Origin: Anaerolineae bacterium
GTDB lineage: Bacteria; Chloroflexota; Anaerolineae; Epilineales; Epilineaceae
Length of the DNA: 64,000 nt
NCBI GenBank assembly: GCA_044228875.1
Contig: JBGAUA010000003.1
Location: 8,401-72,400, forward strand
Direction of reading: 5' to 3'
Part shown: positions 26,589-34,116 of the stretch, one piece after another
How positions within the stretch are numbered: the stretch's first letter is position 1
Layout: every line of letters starts with the position of its first letter
Made by a program: the position numbers and the translations under genes
The notes under the pieces: generated by a model
What the model was told of the DNA's origin: nothing
Seen by the model: only the letters and a program-made list of their open reading frames with translations
The model's database searches: none

Positions 26589-27857
26589 TCATTCGACCCA
26601 TTCCAGCTCGACGACGTCGCCGATGGCCACAAGGTCGCCGTCTACAACCCCCGCCTCGCGCAAGGCGACGCGGGCGCCCACGGTGTCCAGGAGCCGCTGG
26701 AAGCGGGCGATGGACTGGTCGTTGTCCCAGTCGGTGACCTCGGCGGCCACCTCAACACGCTCGCCGCTCAAACGGTAGTAGCCCTCGCCCAGACGCTCGA
26801 CCTTGATCTTCTCGGCATCCACCGCTGACGGCCGGAGCACGGGCAGGCTGATGGGCGTCGCTTCCGGCGCCGGCAAGGCCTTCACCCGCGCGGCGATGGC
26901 CCATAGCAGCTCCCGCACCCCTTCACCGGTGGCGCCGCTGATGGCCATGGCGTCGGGATAGCCTTGCGCCAGCTCGGCGCGCAGCGCCGGCCAGCGCTCG
27001 CGCACGACGGGCAGGTCGAGCTTGTTGACCACCACCAGCTGCGGCCGCGCGGCCAGGGAAGGGCTGAAAGCGGCCAGCTCGGCGTTGATCACGCGCAGAT
27101 CGGCGAGCGGGTCTTCCGCCGAACCGTCCAGGAGATGGACCAGGATGCGCGTGCGGTCCACGTGTCGCAGGAAGCGGTCGCCCAGGCCGCGGCCCTGGCT
27201 GGCGCCCGCCACCAGGCCGGGTACATCGGCCAGCACCAGGGTCTGCTCGCCGACCTCGACCACGCCCAGGTTGGGTACCAGGGTGGTGAAAGGGTAGTCG
27301 GCGATCTTGGGCCGCGCTGCGCTGACCACCGCCAGCAGCGTGCTCTTGCCGGCGTTCGGCATGCCGATGAGGCCCACATCGGCGATGAGCTTGAGCTCCA
27401 GGCGCAGCCGGCGCTCCTGCCCGGGAAAGCCCTTCTCCGCGAAACGCGGCGCCTGGCGCACGGAGTTCTTGAAGGCCACGTTACCCCGCCCCCCGCGACC
27501 ACCGGCGGCCACGACCAGCCGCTGGCCGTGCTCGGTCAGATCACCGATGACATGGCCGGTCGCCGCGTCGTGGATCACCGTCCCCACCGGCACCTTGACC
27601 TCGCGCAGCGCACCGTCAGCGCCATGCATCTGGTTCGGCCCGCCCGGCCCGCCGTTCTCGGCCAGGAAGCGTGTCGTGTAGCGGAAGGCATAGAGCGTGT
27701 TGAGCCCTTCGTCGGCTACGAGGACCACATCGCCGCCCCGACCGCCGTGGCCGCCGGAGGGGCCACCACGCAGCACGAACTTCTCGCGGCGAAAGGTCGC
27801 GAGCCCGTTTCCGCCCCGACCCGCCACCACGTCGATCTCGGCTTCGTCCAGGAACAT
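26589..27857 (-). CDS. obg: GTPase Obg/CgtA with C-terminal OCT extension
   Basis: MFLDEAEIDVVAGRGGNGLATFRREKF...GGRGGDV; G-domain GMPNAGKSTLL...DVPGLV...NKLD; C-terminal RFQRLLDTVGARVALREAGVVDGDLVAIGDVVELEW. Confidence 0.95.
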   Translation of the reverse strand: MFLDEAEIDVVAGRGGNGLATFRREKFVLRGGPSGGHGGRGGDVVLVADEGLNTLYAFRYTTRFLAENGGPGGPNQMHGADGALREVKVPVGTVIHDAATGHVIGDLTEHGQRLVVAAGGRGGRGNVAFKNSVRQAPRFAEKGFPGQERRLRLELKLIADVGLIGMPNAGKSTLLAVVSAARPKIADYPFTTLVPNLGVVEVGEQTLVLADVPGLVAGASQGRGLGDRFLRHVDRTRILVHLLDGSAEDPLADLRVINAELAAFSPSLAARPQLVVVNKLDLPVVRERWPALRAELAQGYPDAMAISGATGEGVRELLWAIAARVKALPAPEATPISLPVLRPSAVDAEKIKVERLGEGYYRLSGERVEVAAEVTDWDNDQSIARFQRLLDTVGARVALREAGVVDGDLVAIGDVVELEWVE

Positions 27858-27858
27858 T

Positions 27859-28512
27859 TCACGGCCTCTCTGATGGCGGCGCAACACGCGCCGCGAAGGT
27901 CGACAACGCCGCCTTGAGCTGCTGCTGTCCCACCGCCACCGTCAGGTCGCCGCGGGTCCGCTCGGTGACGCCGCGGACCATGTCGGTGGTCTGCTTGAGG
28001 TTGCGGGTGATCACGGCCGGATAGTCCACCGTGGTCAGGAGGGTGTAGATCTCCTGCATCCGCCCCAGGATCAGCTCGGCGGTGGCCAGGTCCCCCAAGC
28101 GGATGACGTCCAGCGCGCTGCGACGCAGCTCGCCGGCCGCCTCGCCCAGGCCATTGAGCCACGAGGCGTCGTCCACCGCCAGCGCCTGGGGACCGGGCAG
28201 CGGCTCACCGCGACAGAGCGCCAGGGTCAGGTGCGCCTCCGCCAGCTCCTTCTGCGCATCCAGCATGTAGCCGGCCGCCTGCAGGTCGGGATGGCCCTCG
28301 GCGGCCTCGTGCATTCGCGTCACCAGTTCGCGGGCCTCAGCCAGGGTGTCCGCGGCCGCCGGCCACTCCTCGCGGTGCACGGCGCGGATGGCGCGCGCGG
28401 CATGCTGCACCAGCAGCCGGCTCAGCCCCATGATGGTCTCGCGGCGGGCGTTCTTCTCGTCCAGGCGGGCCAGGATGGCCACCCCCAGATCGTCGATGTC
28501 GCCGGCGGCCAT
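27859..28512 (-). CDS. translin-family protein (COG2178-like)
   Basis: All-helical ~217 aa. The central pattern WLNGLGEAAGELRRSALDVIRLGDLATAELILGRMQEIYTLL...LKQTTDMVRGVTERTRGDL matches the conserved translin/TRAX core (YL.G..D..GEL.R....GD......F.......L....LR.K.D). Its stop is 1 nt from the obg ATG. Confidence 0.65.
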   Translation of the reverse strand: MAAGDIDDLGVAILARLDEKNARRETIMGLSRLLVQHAARAIRAVHREEWPAAADTLAEARELVTRMHEAAEGHPDLQAAGYMLDAQKELAEAHLTLALCRGEPLPGPQALAVDDASWLNGLGEAAGELRRSALDVIRLGDLATAELILGRMQEIYTLLTTVDYPAVITRNLKQTTDMVRGVTERTRGDLTVAVGQQQLKAALSTFAARVAPPSERP

Positions 28513-28982
28513 CAGGTTGCGGCCGAAGGTGCCAGGCGCGCCAGACGCTCGGCCACCGCTTCCAACAGGGCGCGGTCCGAGGCCCCGAAAGCCGCCGGCT
28601 GGTCGCTGTCGATGTCGATCTCGCCGAGCACCCGGTCTCCGTCCCGGATGGGCACGACGATCTCCGAGCGCGTGCTGACGAAGCAGCTCAGGTAGCGCGG
28701 ATCCTGGCGCACGTCATCGACCACGATGGTGCTGCCCGTCGCGGCCGCCGCACCGCAGATGCCGCGGCCGATCGGAATGCGCACGTGCTCGGTAGGCATG
28801 CCGACGTAGGGCCCCAGGACGAGATCGTCGCCCTCGACCAGATAGACGCCGGTCCAGTTGAAATGGGTGAATGCCGCCGCCAGGTCCCGCACGGTCGTGT
28901 CCAGGATCTGGGTCCAGACGGACTCCCGCCGCTCGATCTCGCGATCGAGCCGACGCAGGATCGCAAGGCTGTGGTCGGGCAA
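28512..28982 (-). CDS. GAF domain protein (free methionine-R-sulfoxide reductase-like, COG1956)
   Basis: FNWTGVYLVEGDDLVLGPYVGMPTEHVRIPIGRGICGAAAATGSTIVVDDVRQDPRYLSCFVSTRSEIVVPI...GEIDIDS. Start placed at TTG 28982, 6 nt after CAGGAG, giving ~156 aa, the usual size. ATG 29084 is the alternative. The stop overlaps the translin ATG (TGATG). Confidence 0.8.
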   Translation of the reverse strand: MPDHSLAILRRLDREIERRESVWTQILDTTVRDLAAAFTHFNWTGVYLVEGDDLVLGPYVGMPTEHVRIPIGRGICGAAAATGSTIVVDDVRQDPRYLSCFVSTRSEIVVPIRDGDRVLGEIDIDSDQPAAFGASDRALLEAVAERLARLAPSAAT

Positions 28983-29137
28983 GGGGATCTCCTGGACTGG
29001 GGCCGAATCTCGATCGTCAGCGGCACCTGGTCTCGATTGTAGGGAGCCACACCCAGCGCTGCAAGTGCCTTGACGTGGAACCATCCGGACCGATGGGCCG
29101 TTCGCGGACATCGAGGCGCCTCTTGCCGGGACGGAAA

Positions 29138-29146
29138 TGCTATAGT
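29138..29146 (+). promoter_or_regulatory. candidate extended -10 promoter (TGcTATAGT) for the LCP gene
   Basis: aaTGCTATAGTcaaa lies 30 nt upstream of ATG 29176, in a locally AT-rich spacer. Confidence 0.35.
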
Positions 29147-29175
29147 CAAACCGATCGAGGGTTTTCGAGAAGTAG

Positions 29176-30432
29176 ATGTCCCTTTCCCAATCCACCGCTC
29201 CCCTGCTCAACCTGCCTCCACCGCCGCGGCGCTCCAGTTGGATCCTGCGCCTCTTGTTTGCGTTCCTGTCGCTGGGCATCCTGGCTTCCGGTACCGCGGC
29301 GGCCTTGGTGATCGGTCGGACGCTCTGGGCCCTCGCCGTCCCGGCTCGACCGGCGGCCGTGGCGGTGTCGCCTCCCGACCCGTCCCAAGTGCCCCAGGGC
29401 GAGTCCCTCGCGGTCGAGGCCCCCGAAGCCGCCGTCTGGGACCAGCACGGCCCCCTGGACATCCTGCTTCTGGGTCTGGACATCGATGACTGCGAGCAGG
29501 GCAGCGAGCTGGCCACCGCCAGCGAGGCCCGCCGCACGGACACGATGATCCTGGTGCACATCGATCCAGCCTCCGATCGTGCCGCCATGTTCTCCTTGCC
29601 GCGCGATCTCTACGTCTACCTGGACATTCCCTACGGCGGCGGGGTCGTCGGCGGCAACAAGCTGAACACGGCCCATGTCTTCGGCACCAGACTGGACGAG
29701 GACGGCAAGGCCGTCCCGCACAGCGGTCCCAACGCGGTGAAGCGGGCCATCCAGCAGAATCTCGACCTGTCGGTCCACCGTTACATCCGGGTGGACTTCC
29801 AGGGCTTCAAAGATGTCGTGGACGCCTTGGGCGGCGTCGACATCGACATCCCGCCCTCGGCCGACGATCCGACGGTGGGCCTGGTCGACACCGGCTATCC
29901 GGACGGCCATTGCGGCACGATGACCCTGCGCTTCCTGCCCGGCCTCCAGCACCTGGACGGCACGAAGGCCCTGCAATACGCGCGCTCACGCAAATCGACC
30001 AGTGACTTCGATCGCTCCCGGCGGCAGATGGAGGTCCTCCTGGCCCTGCGCGCGCAGGCGCTCAGGCCTGGCGTCATCCTGGACCTGCACAAGCTCATCC
30101 CGGCCACCATGGACGCCGTGGACACCGACCTCACCACGGAGGAGATCCTGGCCCTGGCGCGCATCGCCCGGCGCATCGATCCTTCCGCCGTGGGCCGCCT
30201 GCAGTTGGACACCAACGCCGGCTACGGCGACATGCTGCCCATCGGCAGCTTCGAGCAGTGGGTGCTCAGGCTCGACTCGGAGCGCTACGCCCCGCTCCGG
30301 GAGGCCTTCCTGAACTTCGGGCCGGATCCCTACGCCTCGCCTCCGGCCGTCACGCCGGCGGCGGACGGATCGGCGCCCGACACCGCGTCGTCGTCGCCGG
30401 ACGCCGCGCCGGGCGGCGACGCCTTGCCCTGA
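29176..30432 (+). CDS. LytR-CpsA-Psr (LCP) family cell-envelope polymer transferase
   Basis: N-terminal TM, then RTDTMILVHIDPASDRAAMFSLPRDLYV...NKLNTAHVFG...YIRVDFQGFKDVVDALGGVDIDIP...ALQYARSRKSTSDFDRSRRQ. Confidence 0.9.
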   Translation: MSLSQSTAPLLNLPPPPRRSSWILRLLFAFLSLGILASGTAAALVIGRTLWALAVPARPAAVAVSPPDPSQVPQGESLAVEAPEAAVWDQHGPLDILLLGLDIDDCEQGSELATASEARRTDTMILVHIDPASDRAAMFSLPRDLYVYLDIPYGGGVVGGNKLNTAHVFGTRLDEDGKAVPHSGPNAVKRAIQQNLDLSVHRYIRVDFQGFKDVVDALGGVDIDIPPSADDPTVGLVDTGYPDGHCGTMTLRFLPGLQHLDGTKALQYARSRKSTSDFDRSRRQMEVLLALRAQALRPGVILDLHKLIPATMDAVDTDLTTEEILALARIARRIDPSAVGRLQLDTNAGYGDMLPIGSFEQWVLRLDSERYAPLREAFLNFGPDPYASPPAVTPAADGSAPDTASSSPDAAPGGDALP

Positions 30433-30505
30433 TATCCCCGGGCCGGCCACGGCGTTCCGGGATGCTGGGGCCGCCCCGCAGTCCGGCCCCGCGATCGAAC
30501 ACCCG

Positions 30506-30514
30506 TGCTATCCT
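30506..30514 (+). promoter_or_regulatory. candidate extended -10 (TGcTATCCT) giving a leaderless helicase mRNA
   Basis: cgTGCTATCCTtggcgtccATG: the -10-like hexamer ends 8 nt before ATG 30523, with no SD. GTG 30505 of the ORF track lies inside this element. Confidence 0.3.
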
Positions 30515-30522
30515 TGGCGTCC

Positions 30523-33084
30523 ATGGCCAAGCCCGCCAAGACCTCCATCGCCGCCTGCTTCGCCCCCGGCGGCGCCCTGGCGCAGGCCCTGCCCGGTTAC
30601 ACGCCGCGCGCCAGCCAGGCGCAGATGGCCGAGGCGGTATGGCAGGCCATCCAGAGCCAGTCGCCCGCCCTGATCGAGGCGCCCACCGGCACCGGCAAGA
30701 GCCTGGCCTATCTCATCCCCGCGCTTGCGTCCGGCAAGACGGTGGTGGTGGCCACGGCCAACAAGTCCCTGCAGCATCAGCTCTTCCTCAAGGATGTGCC
30801 TTTGGCGGCGCGGATCCTGGGCATGGAGCCCGACGCCGTGCTGGTCAAGGGACGACAGAACTACGTCTGCCAGTGGAAGTGGGAGCGCGAATGGGTTGAA
30901 CGGCAGCTGCTGGCCCAGATCGAGGGCCCGGGCGGGCAGGTGAACGCCCTGCGCGACTGGTTGGCCGGCACACCCACGGGCGACGTCGACGAACTGCCCT
31001 TCCTGCTGGCGCCCGACCTGCAGCCTCGCGTCGTCAGCCTGCACGACGACTGCATCCAGCAGGCCTGCCGCCATTTCGAGGAGGGCTGCTTCGTCAACCA
31101 GATGCGGGACGCCGCGGCGGGGGCGCGGGTGCTGATCACCAACCACCACCTGCTGCTCACCGCCCTGCGCCTGGGCGAGGCGGGGCACCGCCTGCTGCCG
31201 CCGGGCCAGGTCTACATCATCGACGAGGCCCACCACCTGGTGGACACGGCCACGGCGGTCTTCAGCGTCGAGGTCACCGACCACGCCGTGGAAGGGCTGT
31301 TGGCCCGCACGGTCTACGCCGAGCATCTGGGCGCGGACACGGTGGACGAGCTGCGCTTCATGGCCCGCGCGGCCTTCGACGACCTGCGTGCCCAGGCCCG
31401 CACCGCCGGGGGCGAGGGCGGCGCCTGGCGCATCGAGGAAGAGCTGCCGCGCCTGCGCCAACTAGCCCAGGCGCTCAAGGCGCAATCCCAGCGCCTCCAG
31501 GATCACAACCCCTACGCCCGCGAGGCCGCCCGGGCGGCGGGCGGCCAGTCGCCGGAGGCGGCGGCACAGGCCGATGGGGTGGAAGAGGCCTGGAGAGCGA
31601 TGAAGCGCCTGCAGCCGACGCGGACGGCGACGCGCGGCAAGGCGGCGACGCCCCTGGACGAGGCCGCCGCGCGTCAGCTCTACGACCTCGCCGTCAGCAG
31701 CCTGAACGGCCTGGCAGACGATTTCCTCACGCTGTCCAGCGCCAGGCGCGACAATCAGACGGTCCGCTACGCCGAACCGGTCAGCGGACGGCGCCAGGTA
31801 CGCCTGGTGCTGCACGCCTCGCCCATCACCCCGGCCACGGAACTCTCCGAGCATCTCTTCGGCGCCACCGGGCGGGCGGTCATCTGCACCTCGGCCACCC
31901 TGGCCGCCTCCGACGGGTTCCGCTCGGTGACGACGCGCCTGGGCATCGAGCGACCACCGCTGGAGCTGGTGACCGAGACGGTCTTCGACTACCCCGCGCA
32001 GGCGCTGCTCTACCAGCCGGCTTTGCCGGAGTTCCGTTGGGATCAGCGCGAGGTCTACTACGACGCCGTGGCCGCGGAGATCGAGCGACTGCTCTCCGCC
32101 AGCCGCGGTCGGGCGCTCTGCCTCTTCACCAGCTGGGCCGGCCTGGAGCAGACGGCCGGGCGCCTGCGCGAGCGCGGCTGCTTCTGGCCCCTGCGCGCCC
32201 AGGGCGACGCCCCCCGGGAGGCCCTCCTCGGCTGGTTCCGCGGCACCGCCCACAGCGTGCTCCTGGCCACCCGCGCCTTCTGGGAGGGCGTGGACGTGCA
32301 GGGCGAGGACCTGAGCCTGGTGGTGTTGGACAAGCTGCCCTTCCCCTCGCCGAGCGATCCGCTGCACGGGGCGCGGATGAAAGCGGTTGAAGCGGCGGGC
32401 GGCAGCAGCTTCGACGACTACCTCCTGCCGCAGATGACCCTGACCCTCAAGCAGGGCTTCGGCCGCCTCATCCGCACCGACCGCGACCGGGGCGTCGTGG
32501 CCATCCTGGACGAGCGCCTCAGCCGCAAGGGCTACGGCCAGGCGGTTCGCCGCGCCCTGCCGCCGGCGCCCCTCACCCGCGACTTCGGCGCGGTGCCCCG
32601 CTTCTTCGACGCGGCGCTGGGGGGCGCGGTGGACTTTGCCTTGGAGGTTCGGGGCCGGGAGGTCGCGGAGGGCGACGCCCCAGGATGGCGCTGGACCCTG
32701 CGCCGGATGGTCGACGGGCGGGCGGACAGCGCCGCGGGAGACACCGACCAGGTGCTGGATTCGGTCTCGGCCGAGTTCTACGCCGCCGCGCTGGGCCTGA
32801 AAGACCTGGCCGCACGGGTGCGCCGCGCCGGCAAGGAGCCCGCGGCCTTCAGCGTGGAGCTGCGCTGCAGCCAACAGGCGGCCGGCTGGTTCGAGCGCGC
32901 CGCCGACCTGCCGGCAGACGCCTTCGGCGGCCGGGGCTTCACGCCCGCGGACTTCCTCGTCGAGCGCGCGACCTGGCGCGCGGTGACCGTTCTGGGGGCT
33001 GCCGTCGAGGCCGCCGACCCGGTGGACGCCGGGCCCCAGCCCCGGACATCGACCAAAGAGACTCCCCCGTGGACGCGATCCTGA
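30523..33084 (+). CDS. dinG: ATP-dependent DNA helicase, DinG/XPD (DEAD_2, Fe-S) family, with ~160-aa C-terminal extension
   Basis: Walker A EAPTGTGKSLAYL; Cys cluster NYVCQ...DDCIQQACRHFEEGCF; DEAH-like IIDEAHHL; C-terminal helicase motifs FWEGVDVQGEDLSLVVLDKLPF...QGFGRLIRTDRDRGVVAILD. Confidence 0.85.
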   Translation: MAKPAKTSIAACFAPGGALAQALPGYTPRASQAQMAEAVWQAIQSQSPALIEAPTGTGKSLAYLIPALASGKTVVVATANKSLQHQLFLKDVPLAARILGMEPDAVLVKGRQNYVCQWKWEREWVERQLLAQIEGPGGQVNALRDWLAGTPTGDVDELPFLLAPDLQPRVVSLHDDCIQQACRHFEEGCFVNQMRDAAAGARVLITNHHLLLTALRLGEAGHRLLPPGQVYIIDEAHHLVDTATAVFSVEVTDHAVEGLLARTVYAEHLGADTVDELRFMARAAFDDLRAQARTAGGEGGAWRIEEELPRLRQLAQALKAQSQRLQDHNPYAREAARAAGGQSPEAAAQADGVEEAWRAMKRLQPTRTATRGKAATPLDEAAARQLYDLAVSSLNGLADDFLTLSSARRDNQTVRYAEPVSGRRQVRLVLHASPITPATELSEHLFGATGRAVICTSATLAASDGFRSVTTRLGIERPPLELVTETVFDYPAQALLYQPALPEFRWDQREVYYDAVAAEIERLLSASRGRALCLFTSWAGLEQTAGRLRERGCFWPLRAQGDAPREALLGWFRGTAHSVLLATRAFWEGVDVQGEDLSLVVLDKLPFPSPSDPLHGARMKAVEAAGGSSFDDYLLPQMTLTLKQGFGRLIRTDRDRGVVAILDERLSRKGYGQAVRRALPPAPLTRDFGAVPRFFDAALGGAVDFALEVRGREVAEGDAPGWRWTLRRMVDGRADSAAGDTDQVLDSVSAEFYAAALGLKDLAARVRRAGKEPAAFSVELRCSQQAAGWFERAADLPADAFGGRGFTPADFLVERATWRAVTVLGAAVEAADPVDAGPQPRTSTKETPPWTRS

Positions 33085-33422
33085 TCCCCGACTCGCCGAT
33101 TCCCATCCTCGAGGTCCGATCCCCCGTCCGGTCGGTGGACGACGCCCTGGATCTGATCGCGGCCTGCTCCGAGCTGGGGACCGATCGCGTCCTGCTACCC
33201 GGCTCCATCCTGCCGGAGGCCTTCTTCGACCTGCACACGCGCTTCGCCGGGGAGTTGGTCCAGAAGCTGCTCAACTACCGGCTGCGCGTCGCCGGCCTGA
33301 TTCCCCCCGACCCGGCCCACGGCGATCGCTTCCGCGAGTTCCTCCTCGAAGCCGGGCGGGGGCCGCAGTTCCGCGTCTTCGGCGCGCGCGACGACGCGAT
33401 CCGCTGGCTCGGGGAGGGCTGA
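33069..33422 (+). CDS. DUF4180 domain protein
   Basis: VDDALDLIAACSELGTDRVLLPGSILPEAFFDLHTRFAGELVQKLLNYRLRVAGLI matches the conserved DUF4180 core (..FFDL.TR.AGE.LQK..NY..). GTG 33069 overlaps the helicase 3' end by 16 nt. Confidence 0.75.
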   Translation: MDAILIPDSPIPILEVRSPVRSVDDALDLIAACSELGTDRVLLPGSILPEAFFDLHTRFAGELVQKLLNYRLRVAGLIPPDPAHGDRFREFLLEAGRGPQFRVFGARDDAIRWLGEG

Positions 33423-33527
33423 GTGGTTGCGTGACGGTATCTGGACGCCGAACCCGGCCGGCCGCCGGGCCATCGCAGCGGACGGCATCGAATGACTGGC
33501 CGACGTCTACGGCGGCCAACGCCAAGG

Positions 33528-33588
33528 ATGATGCCTTCATCGACTCGCCATGATGCCTTCATAAGGTCGTTTTGAAGGCATCATGGCG
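33528..33588. repeat. ATGATGCCTTCAT repeat trio forming a perfect 16-bp hairpin
   Basis: Direct copies at 33528-33540 and 33550-33562, with an inverted copy at 33573-33585. Stem CGCCATGATGCCTTCA (33546-33561) / TGAAGGCATCATGGCG (33573-33588), 11-nt loop. Confidence 0.85.
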
Positions 33589-33596
33589 TCGCGCTT

Positions 33597-33644
33597 ACGG
33601 CATCACGTGCATGACGTGATGCCGTGAGCGCGGCGCGCTCACGG
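33597..33644. repeat. two abutting/overlapping perfect palindromes
   Basis: ACGGCATCACGT-gcatg-ACGTGATGCCGT (33597-33625) and CCGTGAGCGC-ggc-GCGCTCACGG (33622-33644) share 4 nt. ACGGCAT recurs at 33641. Confidence 0.85.
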
Positions 33645-33778
33645 CATGGTGGCTCACGCGCCGCTGTTGCGCCCGAATCCCCTCGCCACGGCCCGGCGCG
33701 CGGGCCACGGCTCCGCCTGAGTCCAGGCGTCTCCGCGCCAGAGATCCATGCTTGAAGGCAGGCGGAGCGCAGTCAATT

Positions 33779-33811
33779 ATGGATCGGTGTTATTGTGTAA
33801 CACCGATCCAT
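33779..33811. repeat. perfect 14-bp inverted repeat with AT-rich centre
   Basis: ATGGATCGGTGTTA-ttgtg-TAACACCGATCCAT. Confidence 0.9.
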
Positions 33812-33864
33812 GTTACCACGTAACACCGATCCCCAATTGACCCAATTACCGATCCCTAGTTACC
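33797..33864. repeat. iteron-like direct repeats (GTAACACCGATCC / TTACCGATCC) with 23-bp periodicity
   Basis: Core CCGATCC at 33803, 33826 and 33849 (23-bp spacing twice), with an inverted copy GGATCGG at 33781. Interspersed (G/A)TTACC at 33812, 33845 and 33859. Confidence 0.8.
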
Positions 33865-34116
33865 GCGAATCTCAGGCGCTGGGGGATGGCGAGGGCCGAA
33901 GCAAGCCGGGGAGACCGCGGCGGCGATGGCTTCCCAAAAGGAAAGACCGAGGGTCCGGCTGCCTGGACTCATGGCGCGCACCCCGCCGTTCCGCGGGCTT
34001 CGCGAGCCCCTCCGCCGTCCCTTTATGAACCTACAGGAGATTGGCCGCAGGGCAGCCACCCTGCGCTTCGGGCACGAAGGGGACCGGAATCGCGCCGACC
34101 TGTGGTACGGCCCTGC

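Noticed and set aside
28688-29149. 153-aa ORF (-) overlapping the GAF gene in another frame, and the 358-aa extension of the GAF ORF to 29588.
   Set aside because: The extension runs into and antisense of the LCP gene region, with S/R/A-rich junk. The GAF domain size fits a start at 28982 or 29084.
33597-33625. parS- or dif-like site because of the CACGTG-containing palindrome.
   Set aside because: It does not match the parS consensus (TGTTTCACGTGAAACA). It is a perfect 12-bp palindrome with a 5-nt spacer, unlike dif (imperfect arms, 6-bp core). No parAB or xer gene is nearby.
33795-33864. Tn7-like/Mu-like transposon end: TGT... terminus followed by several ~22-bp transposase-binding repeats.
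   Set aside because: There are no transposase, ATPase or integrase genes, no matching opposite end and no target-site duplication in the window, and the flanking genes look native. It is kept only as one hypothesis under the iteron finding.
33797-33864. CRISPR array.
   Set aside because: There are only three short (7-13 bp core) repeats at 23-bp period, with no 25-40 bp repeat/spacer architecture and no cas genes.
33860-34116. GC-rich 250-nt tail of the convergent spacer as a known structured RNA (tmRNA, RNase P, SRP RNA, cobalamin riboswitch).
   Set aside because: Superficial strings (GGGGGATGGCG, GGAAAGACCGAGGGTCCGG) do not extend to the conserved cores of those RNAs: no tag ORF or T-arm, no GGAAAGUCCGGGC, no SRP GGAA tetraloop helix, no B12 box. 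An unknown sRNA cannot be excluded.
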